Shown piece by piece: positions 1 through 12,552 of a stretch of 64,000 nucleotides of DNA. The stretch is from Octopus sinensis. Its lineage: Eukaryota. Every line of letters begins with the position of its first letter. Position 1 is the first letter of the stretch. The position numbers and the translations under genes are program-made. The stretch spans positions 19,096,001 to 19,160,000 of the forward strand of contig NC_043018.1 in the NCBI RefSeq assembly GCF_006345805.1, given 5' to 3'. The notes below the pieces were generated by a model. It did not search any database. It had not been told where the DNA came from and saw only the letters and a program-made list of their open reading frames with translations.

Positions 1-144
1 GAGAGAATGATCTGTAGTAGTTATGTCAATGAATTTTCTAGTCTTCGCTTCCTGCCCATTTTTTCCCCCACCCCCCAAGAAGATACCTTTGTCCTCTGTC
101 TCCAAGACTGAAATGTTTTTAATTTATTTTTGTGTCTTTCTCCA

Positions 145-435
145 CTCTGTACACACACACACAAGTATGTATGTATGTGTATGTGTGTGTGTATGTATCT
201 ATGTATGTGTGTGTGTATGTATCTATGTGTGTGTGTATGCATGTATGTATGTATGTGTGTGTGTGTGTATGCATGTATGTATGTGTGTGTGTATGTGTGT
301 GTGTATGTATGTGTGTGTGTGTGTATGTATGTATGTGTGTGTATGTATCTATGTATGTGTGTGTGTGTGTGTGTGTGTGTATGTATCTGTGTATGTATCT
401 ATGTATGTGTGTGTGTGTGTGTATGTATCTATGTA

Positions 436-466
<31 letters not shown>

Positions 467-515
467 ATGTATGTATGTGTGTGTATGTATCTATGTTTGT
501 ATGTGTGTATATACA
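145..515. repeat. Compound (TG)n/(TATG)n microsatellite
   Basis: Read directly; explains the spurious VCVCM/HTHT ORFs. Confidence 0.97.
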
Positions 516-549
516 CTCGCGCTCACACGCATATAGTTTCTTAGAAATT

Positions 550-1650
550 TGATTACGTCTACAGACTGGTGGCAGAGCAGCGACATTAGCTGTAACTGCC
601 AACGCGAGGATGCACACCCACACACTCACTCGTATATATATATGTATGTTGAACTTGAGAGACCAGTGTTAACATCGATTTGTAAAGCGTGTATAAAACT
701 GCAGATTGCCCAACACTGTTGACTATCCGTAATGGATTGCGGAGCGAAAAACGTAACAGTAGAGGAGGAGGAGGCGGCGGCTGTGGTCAGCCTTGCGCGC
801 TCTGTATGTTCGTCTGTCTGTCTGTCTGTCTGTCTGTCTTGTAATGTGTAAGCCGTCTGTCTGTGTGTCCCTCATCCCCCCCCCCACTCCTGCTCTCGAC
901 TTGTGAATTTATAATCTTGACGTCATGTGATATCACTCGTGCACAAAGGCTGCCGTTGTCGGTTTCACTATATTTCGGTCTTTAACGAACGAACGAACGA
1001 ACACACACACACGCATACATAACTTGTTACACACACACACACACACATAACTTGTCACACACACACACATACATAACTTGTGACACGCACGCACGCGCAC
1101 ATAACTTGTCACACACACACACACAACTTGTCACACACACACACACACAACTTGTCACACACACACACACATAACTTGTCTCACACACACACACATATAC
1201 ATAACTTGTCACACACACACACACACAGTTTCTTGCTCATGTGTGCGTGTGTGTTGTACGACCTAAACTGATCCGTCCTTGCCCCTCCCACACAATAAGT
1301 AGTCGACGTGTGTGTTGTGTAATACGGCCTTGTTCACACACACCGTCTGATGATAATGATTATAAACCATCGGTAAACAACAGTTGGCGGGTTCGGTTTC
1401 CATTCGTACCTTCATAGCTGCGATTGCCGGTTGACGTGGGTTGTTTAGAGGGAGATGGGCGGGGATCTTTCGTTTTTAATATTTAGAACAGGCATAGATA
1501 ACCTTTTAAGAGAAACAGGTCGCACAAGACGAGGATCATCATCAGGCGGGGCTGTTGCACTAAAAAAAATTATGGTAATTATCTGTTGTGCTATTTAGAA
1601 AGTCACGGGGACCGTAGTTTGCTCATGACTAACCTAAAACTTGAAAGAAT
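550..1650. promoter_or_regulatory. CpG-enriched, TE-free promoter-like segment
   Basis: Many CpGs relative to the flanks; TGACGTCA at 918-925; GGCGGG boxes near 1457 and 1544. No transcript evidence. Confidence 0.35.
1017..1228. repeat. Array of ~8 (AT)AACTTGT motifs separated by variable (CA)n
   Basis: aacttgt recurs about every 22-30 bp. Confidence 0.9.
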
Positions 1651-1896
1651 GAACTATTTTCAACGAAACTTACCCAGTGCCCTTTTTTTATTTTTTAAAC
1701 CTATATTTTATTACTGTGTGTTCAGTACTATGGCTGTTCACATAGCTAGTACGACCTTCTAAAATTTTTATCGCTAGTTTGTTTCTACTCTGCTGGCCAT
1801 CCAGGTGTCTCAAGTCTTCAACTGATGTCCTCTCTACCCTGGGCCATCCACTGGACAAAATTGCTGATGATATAGCGATGCAACTTAACTTTTATA

Positions 1897-2061
1897 GGCG
1901 CAGGAGTGGCTGTGTGGTAAGTAGCTTGCTAACCAACCACATGGTTCCGGGTTCAGTCCCACTGCGTGGCACCTTGGGCAAGTGTCTTCTGCTATAGCCC
2001 CGGGCTGACCAATGCCTTGTGAGTGGATTTGGTAGACGGAAACTGAAAGAAGCCTGTCGTA

Positions 2062-2110
<49 letters not shown>

Positions 2111-2305
2111 TTGTGTCTGTCCCCCTAGCATTGCTTGACAACTGATGCTGGTGTGTTTACGTCCCCGTCACTTAGCGGTTCGGCAAAAGAGACTGATAGA
2201 ATAAGTACTGGGCTTACAAAGAATAAGTCCCGGGGTTGATTTGCTCGACTGAAGGCAGTGCTCCAGCATGGCCGCAGTCAAATGACAGAAACAAGTAAAA
2301 GAGTA
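1897..2305 (+). mobile_element. tRNA-headed SINE, family A (GGCGCAGGAGTGGCTGTGTGGTAAG...), internal (TA)n
   Basis: Near-identical to many other copies in the window; A/B-box-like head; ACAAGTAAAAGAGTA tail. Confidence 0.9.
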
Positions 2306-2636
2306 TATGCAATAGTAACGAGCAATGTTAATTATATCAAGAGAATAATTGGGGTGGATGTCCCATTTTGTTGGCCAGTGAAAAATATTAAGCTGTAATT
2401 TTGGACAGCATAAATGTCTGTGTGTACATATATTATTGTGACTCACCATTTTCAGACTGGACTACGGAAATAAAACATTACATGTGTGAATTATTGGTCC
2501 TCGTCCTTTGGCCAAGCTCGTTCTGTAATATTTTATTATTACACACAAAGTGTCAAGTCCCTACATGAGACACTTATTAATGACTCCATCCGTTGTTTTG
2601 AACAGATGCAACTTTTTTTTCTATAAATGGTATAAC

Positions 2637-2868
2637 AGCGAGCTGGCAGAATCGTTAGTACGCCGGGCGAAATGCTTAGCCGTGTTTCGTCTGCCGTTAC
2701 GTTCTGAGTTCAAATTCCGCCGAGGTCGACTTTACCTTTCATCCTTTCGGGGTCGATAAATTAAGTACCAGTTACGCACTGGGGTCGATATAATCAACTT
2801 AATCTGTCTGTCTGTCCTTGTTTGTCCTCTCTGTGTTTAGCCCCTTGTGGGTAGTAAAGAAATAGGTA
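2637..2868 (+). mobile_element. SINE family B (GGCGAGCTGGCAGAA...CCTTTCATCCTTTCGGGGTCGATAAA...)
   Basis: Multi-copy in the window, conserved body and AAAGAAATAGG 3' end. Confidence 0.88.
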
Positions 2869-3046
2869 TAACTCGTTATTTTTGATATCAGAGGTACACT
2901 TGCTGTAGTAATCGTGTTAACACAAGACCATAATTTTTGGACAAGGGTATAACTGATTTAATCGACCCCAAATACTTAGAAATTTCAGTTGAACACTGAT
3001 CGTTTGGGTCCTTAGTATTTGTGAAAGGACTTTATTTTATTCTTCA

Positions 3047-3439
3047 CTAGCAGTATCGCCCAGCATTGCTCGGGTTTGTAAGGGAAATAACTATATAAGC
3101 ATTTTTAGAGATGTAAAGTATAATAGCCATCTCAATATGGTTAACCACAACGGGGGGTGTTACTGTAGCTTTTTACGTTCTGAGATTTAATAATAAACTT
3201 TTAGAGAGTTACTTCCCTTATATATGCCAAAAATGCATAAAAATGGGAAAAATTTATGGTAAATTTTTTTTTTAAATCGTAGACTCATCGTAGACGCGCG
3301 CTAATACCCAGAAGGGCTTGATATGAATCACGACTATAAGATACCCGGTTTTGGTTAAACTGCACCGCAAAATGTGGGAGTAGTTAGGAATCTAATTCGT
3401 AGGAGACACAGCACACAACCTTTCTTTTATATATAAAGA
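3047..3439 (-). mobile_element. Non-autonomous Helitron
   Basis: On the minus strand: 5'-TC start, 3' hairpin CCCGAGCAATGCTGGG then CTAG|T; homologous to 3440-3727 and 9010-9413. Confidence 0.75.
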
Positions 3440-3727
3440 CTAGCAGTATCGCCCGGCGTTGCTCGGGTTTGTAAGGGAAATAACTACATAAGCATTTTTA
3501 GAGAGTTATAGCCAAAAATTAGCAAAAAAATGCATTAAAAATGGGGGAAAATGATGGTAAATTTTTTTTTAAATCGTAGACATGCGCTAATACCCAGAAG
3601 GGCTCGATATGAATCACGACTATAAGATACCCGCTTTTGGTTAAACTGCACCGCAAAATGTGGGAGTAGTTAGGAATCTAAATCGTAGGAGACAGACAGC
3701 ACACAACCTCTCTTTTGTATATAAAGA
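3440..3727 (-). mobile_element. Non-autonomous Helitron abutting the previous copy
   Basis: A|TC start, hairpin CCCGAGCAACGCCGGG then CTAG; junction with the neighbour has no spacer. Confidence 0.75.
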
Positions 3728-3906
3728 TATCTGTAATTTCAAGTGATGATCATGGTGTCGTATAAATAGAATTCTGGTTTACAGATTATATGGACAAGTG
3801 TTGTTGTATGTTGGGAATATTTACTGGCTACCAGTCCTCTCCTAATGCCTTCTCTTCCGGAAACAACATGTGTATACACCCAGTGTTTAACAAATGAGGG
3901 TAATAC

Positions 3907-4320
3907 TTATTTCTTTATTGCCCACAGGGGGCTAAACATAGAGGGGACAAACATGGACAGACATAGGTATTAAGTTGATTATATCAACCCCAGTGCTTAA
4001 CTGGTACTTAATTTATCGACCCCGAAAGGACGAAAGGCAAAGTCGACCTCGGCGGAATTTGAACTCACAACGTAACGGCAGATGAAATACCTAGTTCTTT
4101 ATTACCCACAAGGGGCTAAACACAGAGGGGACAAACAAGGACAGACATAGGTATTAAGTCGATTATATCGACCCCAGTGCTTAACTGGTACTTAATTTAT
4201 CGACCCCGAAAGGACGAAAGGCAAAGTCGACCTCGGCGGAATTTGAACTCACAGCGTAACGGCAGCCGAAATACCGCTAAGCATTTCGCCCGACGTGCTA
4301 ACGATTCTGCCAGCTCGCCG
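3907..4320 (-). mobile_element. SINE family B head-to-tail dimer
   Basis: Two body copies joined at GAAATACCTA|GTTCTTT near 4086-4100. Confidence 0.85.
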
Positions 4321-4744
4321 CCTATCTACCAAAGCCCATTCTCATCAGGGCCATTTGCTGCTGTGTTTCACTGTCTGGTTTCCGTTTGCTGTCAAACAAA
4401 TGCCTTTTACTCCTCATACTTGGTTTTTGTTCTTTCTACTTTCCAAATTTCCCAGTTCTTCTTTGCGTTGTCATGAAGAATTATCTTATGCCAAATCCTC
4501 TGCCCAACCCCACACGCATTAGCATAACATGCACGCTTCTTTCTGTACGCATGCATAACTATGTTCCTACATGCATGAAGATATACCCCGATGCTATAAT
4601 TTCCTTTCATGCCTATTCTGTTGTTCATTGAATCAATAATATCGGTAGAGTTTGGCATATATTTTCCCTGTTGCTAGGAATTGTTGAGTCAAGATTATTA
4701 CATCTTCACTCGTTTCTCTCTCTCTCTCTTTTTCTGTTTACATT

Positions 4745-5002
4745 AAACACACACACACGTACACACACACACACACACACACACGTACACACACACACAC
4801 ACATGTACACACACACACACATGTACACACACACACACATGTACACATACACACACACACATGCACGCACACACACACACATGCACGCACGCACACACAC
4901 ATGCACACACATGCACATGTACACACATGCACACACACACACACACATGTACACACACGCACATGCACATGCATGCACACACACACATGCACACACATGC
5001 AC

Positions 5003-5036
<34 letters not shown>
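4745..5036. repeat. (CA)n/(CATG)-interrupted microsatellite
   Basis: Read directly. Confidence 0.95.
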
Positions 5037-5515
5037 TTCTCTCTGGTTCAATTTTGTGATTCCAATCCTCCACCGTTTCCTCCACATTAAAGTGGTCGGA
5101 GACTTGGCTTTTGTTGCACATGGGGCAGTCAGACAGTGACTTGTTGCCACCCTGGAACAGCTGTGATCACCCAGCCCCGCCCTTTCAGTAACCTTTCACT
5201 TTTCTTTTTTTTTATTCATAAAATATATCCTTTTATTGATTTGCGGATAAATCAATGAAAGTATGATTAGAACTGTTGAACAACAGGCTCTGAAATTCAT
5301 ATCTGCAAATATTTGTAGACACAAATCTCTCTCACTTATTTCCATCAGTTCTCTCGTCCTTCATCAAAATATCATCATAAGTCGTAGGTCACCACTAATA
5401 ACCCTCTTAGTAAGGTTTACTGCTGCAATAAATTTTGTTTATGGTGGCAGTCCTAGCCACTACGTAACAAAAATCACCTGCAGACACATGTAATACTCCA
5501 TGTCACTACTATTAT

Positions 5516-5982
5516 GGCGGTGAGCTGGTAGAAACGTTAGCACGCCGGGCGACATGCATAGCCGCATTTCGTCTGTCGTTACGTTCTGAGTTCAAATTCC
5601 GCCGAGGTCGACTTTGCCTTTCATCCTTTCGGGTTCGATTAAATAAGTACCAGTTACACACTGGTGTCGAATTAATCCATTTGTCTGTCCTTGTTTGTCC
5701 CCTCTGTGTTTAGCCCCTTGTGGGTAGTAAAGAAATAGGTACTTATACCGAAGGCGGCGAGCTGGCAGAAACGTTAGCACGCTGGGCGACATGCATAGCC
5801 GCATTTCGTCTGCCGTTCCGTTCTGAGTTCAAATTCCGCCGAGGTCGACTTTGCCTTTCATCCTTTCGGGGTCGATAAATTAAGTACCAGTTACGCACTG
5901 GGGTCAATGTAATCGACTTAATCCGTTTGTCTGTCCTTGTTTGTCACCTCTGTGTGTAGCCCCTTGTGGGTGGTAAAGAAAT
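5516..5982 (+). mobile_element. Two adjacent full-length SINE family B copies
   Basis: Two GGCGxxGAGCTGG heads, at ~5516 and ~5752. Confidence 0.88.
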
Positions 5983-6954
5983 AACTATTGTGGGTGCATC
6001 CCCCCCACCCACCTAAAGCACTGCTTGCCCCTCTCAGCCCAGACAAACCTCCAAGCAACACACGCAAAGAGAAACGCTAACAATTTCACCAACTCCAGAC
6101 ATTGTGCAGGTATGAAAAACCCTGACGTTGTAAAGAATCAGCTATGACCATGTTCTGGCTAAGTCTACCATGTTCATGTCTGCTATAATCGTGAATAGAA
6201 CTTTTGGGTATAAAAGAAATAGATCAGACTGTGGAGACAGTACGAGGTCAGATTGTGAGACTGCATGCTGGAGTATGTGGTGGTGGTGGTGGTCATGGTG
6301 GGCATGTGGGTTGCACTGTCTTTGTGTGTCATAGGATTGTTTGATTGGGGATGACCCATGGCTACACAACAACAACTAGAGGAGTGTCTGTATGGCTGTT
6401 CAGTCTACTAAAAATAGCAGCCAGATCTTCTCAAATTGTATCTTACTGTCTTGAAAAGATGAAAAGCCGTAACAAGATTCTTGATACACTGTCTGCTGAA
6501 AAGATGAGGTTTCATCGGGTCTTACCTGGTGTTAAACAATAACAACTTTGTTAATGAAATTACCCACAAGATTTTCAGGGAATAATAATCTATCAAAACA
6601 CTTCAGTTGCTTATTTAATGCCCTTGCTAATTAATTAATGTGTTGTACCCATTGGACCTTGATTACAGTTAATTGGTGTGACCTTTTGAGATTAAACTGA
6701 TCTTTCACCTAATAGTCTCTTATAACTCTTCTAGTGGTTACTGGCAGTTATTTTATCATCTTATATTCCCCGTCAGCTTTAGTGATGTAAATAATATTTC
6801 TAAAAGTCATTTATAGTTGTTTAGTCATAGCATCTTCGAGGAAGGAGAGATGTTGAGATTCGTGCGTTTTCAACATCAGCGAAATAAATAAACCGAAATA
6901 TTCTTCACTGGCAGTTGGAACCATGTTGTGAATTTGGCTTGTTGAGAGTCTTAA

Positions 6955-7370
6955 TCCTTTAGTGTTCAAACCGGCCATATCAGGCCAAAATTGTCTTCCT
7001 GTTTTATGCTCAAACCAGCCAGCTCTGACCTCTCACACATACCCTACAAAGTCATATTAAAAATAAACAGGGACATCATCAAAATCTCAGCTGTACCCCC
7101 CCTCTCTCTCTCTCTTTCGGAGAGGCACAAGCACCTACACGCACACATACACACACGGCAGTAACTTCCACCTACCAAATTCAATCACAAAGCTCTGGTC
7201 GGCTCGAGGTTATAGTGGAACACACCTACCCAGAGTGCCACGCAGTGGGACTGAACCCGAAACCATGTAGCTAGGAAGCGAGCTCCCTAACCACACAGCC
7301 ATACAATTAATTTAAAACAATGTGATCAAAGAGGATTTACATTTGACAGAGTAATCTGAATGCTAAAGGG
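6955..7370. mobile_element. TTAA-flanked MITE (piggyBac-like ends) with nested family A SINE fragment (~7128-7302)
   Basis: TTAA|tcctttag ... ctaaaggg|TTAA. Confidence 0.7.
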
Positions 7371-7949
7371 TTAATCTTACTTGACATAAGAGTTTCCATA
7401 AGAACAATCTTTCATAACCTCATTCTTAATGGCCTTACATCTATACTGTGGTCTATACTATGACTTACTCTTACACCACCACACATATACTACAGCTTAG
7501 TTTCAGGCTACTACACTCCTACTATATTCCACTCTTGTGATACTATATTCATTCTATTGTCTTCTCTTGTGCCACTATATCTATACAGTTATATAGCTAG
7601 TGTGTTATATGTGATTGTACACAGTGTGTCTCTGTCCTTTGTTATAATTCTCCCTTAACTATTTTACTAATCTAAACCTGATATTCTTATTTTTAATTTC
7701 TATTGGTTATTAACATTCTGTCTGTTGTCTCACTTGTCTCTCTAGGTTAGTTCAACATTGTTTATAGCTGGTTTATAAAGTAGGGATGGGGTTAAAACTG
7801 GGAGGGGTGCTAGGGGACCGCTGAGAGTAATATAGTTAATGCATAAATATCAGGTAGAGTAGGAATTGATTGAGAAGCGGGGAGTGGGGTCATAGAAACC
7901 ATACCTTGGCTGATAGTTGAGCTTGGCACAGGCTTCTGGCTTTACTATC

Positions 7950-8180
7950 CGTTTCTTTATTACCCACAAGGGGCTAAACACAGAGGAGACAAACAAGGAC
8001 AGACAAACGGATTAAGTCGATCACATTGACCCCAGTGTGTAACTGGTACTTAATTTATCGACCCCGAAAGGATGAAAGGCAAAGTCGACCTCGGCGGAAT
8101 TTGAACTCAGAACGTAACGGCAGACGAAATACAGCTACACATTTTGCCCGGCGTGCTAACGGTTCTGCCAGCTCGCCGCC
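7950..8180 (-). mobile_element. SINE family B
   Basis: Reverse complement of the family B consensus. Confidence 0.88.
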
Positions 8181-9009
8181 TTCTGGCTTTACTATCTTCT
8201 GTCCAACCATTCAACCCGTGCCATCATGGACGGGAGAACATTAAATGAAGATGATCACCACGATCATTTTTGCGTCTGCTTTTTCTGCGATTGCATGAGT
8301 TGGGTGAGACGTGTTGAGACAATAGTCTGTGGCCAGATGCCCTTTCTGACACTGATGCTTGTCCATTTTTCATCTAAGTTATATTTTATTCCACCACTTC
8401 ACTGAGCTGATGGAGTTTTCGTTTACGAGGACCATAAACATTATCACTGTTGCTTAAATGGTGTCAGTGTGAACACCTGTGGAAGTAAACAAAGACACAG
8501 CTGTATATATATGTGTGTGTGTGTGTATGTATGATAGGCTTACAAACAGTTTCTATCCATGAAATTCACTGAAAGGCAGTTGATCAGACTGAGACTGCAG
8601 TAATAGACATTTGTGAGAGAGATGCCACATTGTGGAACCAAACTTGAAGTGACATACTTTATAAGCAAGCTTTTTTAACCACACGGCTTGTATAAATGGA
8701 AAGCAGTCTGGTATGTTTTTTTTTATCCTTTTTGTATATGTGCCATTTTTGTATGTGACAAATTCAGGCTTTATTTAGCAACAAGACTCCTTCGTTAGCA
8801 GGCATTGGCAGCAAACGAGGAGACGTTAGGTGTTGCTGGTTGAGTTCTACACTGGCCAACAGGCCAGCCTAGTTACAAAACCATTTATGATCCGGTTTCT
8901 TTGTTTGCTTTTCATTTGCATTGTCTTTGACGGTCAGCAATTTATTTTCGCCATGAAAGTGTGGAGTTGATGGACTTGTTCTGTGTGGGCAACATTTCTT
9001 AGTTACGAA

Positions 9010-9413
9010 CTAGCAGTATCGCCTGGCGTTGCTCGGGTTTGTAAGCGAAATAACTATATAAGCATTTTTAGAGAGTTATAGCCAAAAAATAGCAAAAAAA
9101 TGCATTAAAAATGGAAAAAAAATTATGGTAAATTTTTTTTAAATCGTTGACTCATCGTAGACATTTTTAGAGAGTTACTTCCCTTATATAATAGCGAAAA
9201 AATGCATTAAAATGGAAAAAAATTATGGTAAATTTTTTTTTTAATCGTGGACTCATTGTGGACGCGCGCTAATACCCAGAAGGGCTCGATATGAATCACG
9301 ACTATATATAAGATACCCGCTTTTGGTTAAACTGCACCGCAAAATGTGGGAGTAGTTAGGAATCTAAATCGTAGGAGACAGACAGCACACAACCTCTCTT
9401 TTATATATAAAGA
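9010..9413 (-). mobile_element. Non-autonomous Helitron (same family as 3047-3727)
   Basis: A|TC...hairpin-CTAG|T on the minus strand. Confidence 0.75.
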
Positions 9414-9685
9414 TTATATTTATTTAGGTCTGGATGTAATAGACAGGGAGTAGTTTAATTGTGTTGTTTACCAATGAACCAGCAGCATCTTGTCGTGTTC
9501 TTCTTTTTCTGTTGGTCTATATGGTCTTTGGCATCAGGTTTCTGCAACATTTTGATTCTCTCCCTCCTCAACTACATGTCTGCACGTGTGCGTGTTGTTT
9601 TAGTTATTAGACTGTGGTCGTGCTGGGGCACCACCTTGAAGGATTTTTAATTGAATACATCATCAACCCGAATACGTCTTATAAG

Positions 9686-9955
9686 CCTGGTACTTATTCC
9701 ATCTGTCTCTTTTGCTGAACCACTAAGTTATGAAAATATAACTTGTTGTCAAATGGTAGTGGGGGGACGAACACATAGATACATATATACATATATATGA
9801 TGGACTTCTTTTAATTTCTGTCTACCAGCTCCACTCTCAAAGCTTTGGTTGGCCCGGGGCTATTGTAGAAAACACTTGCCCAAGGTGCCACGCAGTGTGA
9901 CTGAACCTGGAACCATGTGGTTGGGAAGCAAGTTTCTTACCACACAGCCATGCCT
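9686..9955 (-). mobile_element. Diverged SINE family A
   Basis: Matches the reverse complement of the family A head and body. Confidence 0.75.
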
Positions 9956-11237
9956 ACATACATACATAGATACAATATTTGCAGCTTTAATAAAATATTT
10001 ATAGTATGAAACAATTGTACTAAACTACTGATCCATTCTTGTTGCTTATTTTTTGGTTATAATCACCCCACATCATTTTATGGTTAATACCATAAAAAAA
10101 TTCTGGTGCATCTAGGTTAAGTACCATATTCTTTTGAATCTAAATTGTTTTACATAGATACATAGATAGATACATACATACAGTTGAATATGTAGGAGAA
10201 GAAGATAACTGGATTAGTCAGCATGGCCATGTGGTTAAGATGTACACTTTACAGCCATGTAATTTCAAGTTCAGTCTCCCTGTGGGGCACCTTTGTTGGC
10301 GCATGCACCTACTATATTCATGGCCCGGCCAAAGCCTTGTGAATAAATTCTCTGTCTGCTGGACTGTTCAGTTGTGAAAATTGCAGCAGATATTGTGCAG
10401 AGATTTGTGGTGTGTATATCTGACAGATTATATTGAAATCCCCCCCCCCCCGTGGTATTATGGCTAAACAAATATAAACCATAGCGAAGGGTGCGAGGAG
10501 GGGAATGGGCGAGCGCTTTGGTCTGTGGTGACTCATGGTTCAAGTGTTTTCAGCTTTTCATTTACACATTTTAGTTTGAAGTAGAGGCAGCAAATGGTTA
10601 CATTCAAAATATTTCTGGACTGCAAGTGTGTGTGTGTGGGTGTGTGTGTTTGTATTTGTGTATGCGTGTGTGTGTGTGGTGATGGTGGTGATGATGGTGG
10701 TGGAGGTGGTGGGTGATGTTATTGATGCTTGGTTGAAATTATTGTAAATATTCTCTGGTGGTTGTTAAGGCAACGCAGAAATATGAGTCAATGAGGAAGA
10801 GGGATCAAGGTGACAGGGTGCTGGTGGTGTTGGGGGACCAAGGGTTATACACTGTAGCAGTTGAATATGTAGGAGGAGAAGAAGAAGAAGATAACTGGAT
10901 TAGTCAGAACTGAAGTCCTGGTTCAAATGCTTGTAGAAGACTGAGCTCTGTTAAAAGGGGGCTCAAGGGTCAGTGTGTGAAATGTCCATCACCAAAGGAT
11001 GAGAATGGTCCCTCCTGCAGGTTTCCACACAGTTTCCTTCTACCGAATTTCACGCAAGGTTTTCGTTACCCCCTAGGCTGTCACACAAAACTCTTGTCCA
11101 AAGCATGGTAAGTGGGATTGAACTTGAAAACACGTAGTTGTAAAGTCAGCTTCTCGAACACTCCACCGTGCCTGTTCCCCCTGAGTATGGTTTTGTCTAA
11201 TAAACAGACATTTTGGGTGTAGTTTGAGTGTATTTAA

Positions 11238-11456
11238 CCCTTTAGTGTTCAGATTATTCTATCAAACATAATGCTTATTGATTCCCATTGATTTGAATTA
11301 ATCATGCATTATCTCATATCTTCAAGATCTTGATGGTGTAATTACTTAATGTAGAACAACATTGTAGGGTAGGTGTGAGAGCCTGGATCTGGTCAGTTTG
11401 AACATAAAACAGATTAACTATTTTGGCCGAATATGGCCGGTTTAAATACTAAAGGG
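11238..11456. mobile_element. TTAA-flanked MITE (CCCTTTAG...CTAAAGGG)
   Basis: TIRs plus TTAA on both sides; related copies at 45415-45640, ~52080-52300 and 60075-60368. Confidence 0.8.
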
Positions 11457-12045
11457 TTAATATTCCAGTTGAAACGTTAGAAATTGTTCAACATTATTTG
11501 GCACTGGCAGTAGAACCAACATAGGTATATCAATGTTATAGTTTGGTGTAGAGAATGAACCGGGTCATCTTAGATATAGGTGTGGTTGTTTATTTTTATT
11601 TTTCATTTTGTATTTTTTTTTTTTAACAAAAGGTGCACTCATCAAGTAAGTGATCTAATCTGATCTGAAACCAGGTGTTGAAACTAAAGTGATTGCAGCA
11701 TGGAAGACATATTTGTTTTATTGTTCTGTTTGTTTCTCCATTTCTTTTGGTTCAATATATATATATATATATATTCGTCCCTTTTGCTGTCCTGGTGTCC
11801 GTATGCATTCGATCCTTCTTCCAGGAAATCTACGCTCCCAGCTTAGTTTTTCTAATGCTCGTTGCTTAGTTTTTCTTGGAGGGCTGGCCGTGATCTAGTA
11901 ATCTCAAGATTAATCAGCCGAAATTACTACGATGATCCGGTTCTTGACTGAAGACTGAGGGTTTCGAATGTCCTGTCCGTGTTTATTGTATCGTCTTCTA
12001 AGAGTTATACGTTCTTGTCCATGTTGTATTTTTCTACATACCTTA

Positions 12046-12079
<34 letters not shown>

Positions 12080-12218
12080 ACAGAGAGAGAGTGAGAGAGA
12101 TAATGGTGTCATTGAGACCCAAAGGTGTCAGGTATTGCTGTATAAGTGCTACAGATATATTTATATCTGTAAATGTTCTAAAATCTACACAGCCTTCGTT
12201 TTTTTTATCTCATTATGA

Positions 12219-12310
<92 letters not shown>

Positions 12311-12510
12311 CTATATATATATATATAGTGGCTGAAACCTAGCGGATCTATTTTTAGTGCTAGAGTCGACCACATAGTGGTTACTCTCTTATATTTATGT
12401 ATAAAATTTATTGTATTCCGGGTTTTTATGCACTAAGCCACTTGGTGTTAAATGGATGTACTATTAAATTAGTATCCAATTTTCTCACCCTTATTTGTTG
12501 ATTATATATA

Positions 12511-12552
<42 letters not shown>

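Noticed and set aside
21-552. Long ORFs (173, 140, 134 aa) at the window start and similar ones at 4671-5150
   Set aside because: Pure translations of (TG)/(CA) microsatellites.
429-629. Minus-strand ORF resembling a signal peptide (MSVWVCILALAVTANVAALPP)
   Set aside because: Starts at GTG, runs into a microsatellite, and has no recognisable domain or splice support.
1017-1228. CRISPR-like repeat-spacer appearance (also 31555-33255)
   Set aside because: Spacers are (CA)n or identical units rather than unique sequences; eukaryotic context; no cas genes.
1897-1975. tRNA-like heads of SINE families A, C and 54320
   Set aside because: No complete cloverleaf; they continue into SINE bodies, so they are not tRNA genes.
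11945-11980. CTGAAGA...CGAAT resembling a hammerhead core
   Set aside because: GAAA is GAAT, and stems I and III could not be formed.
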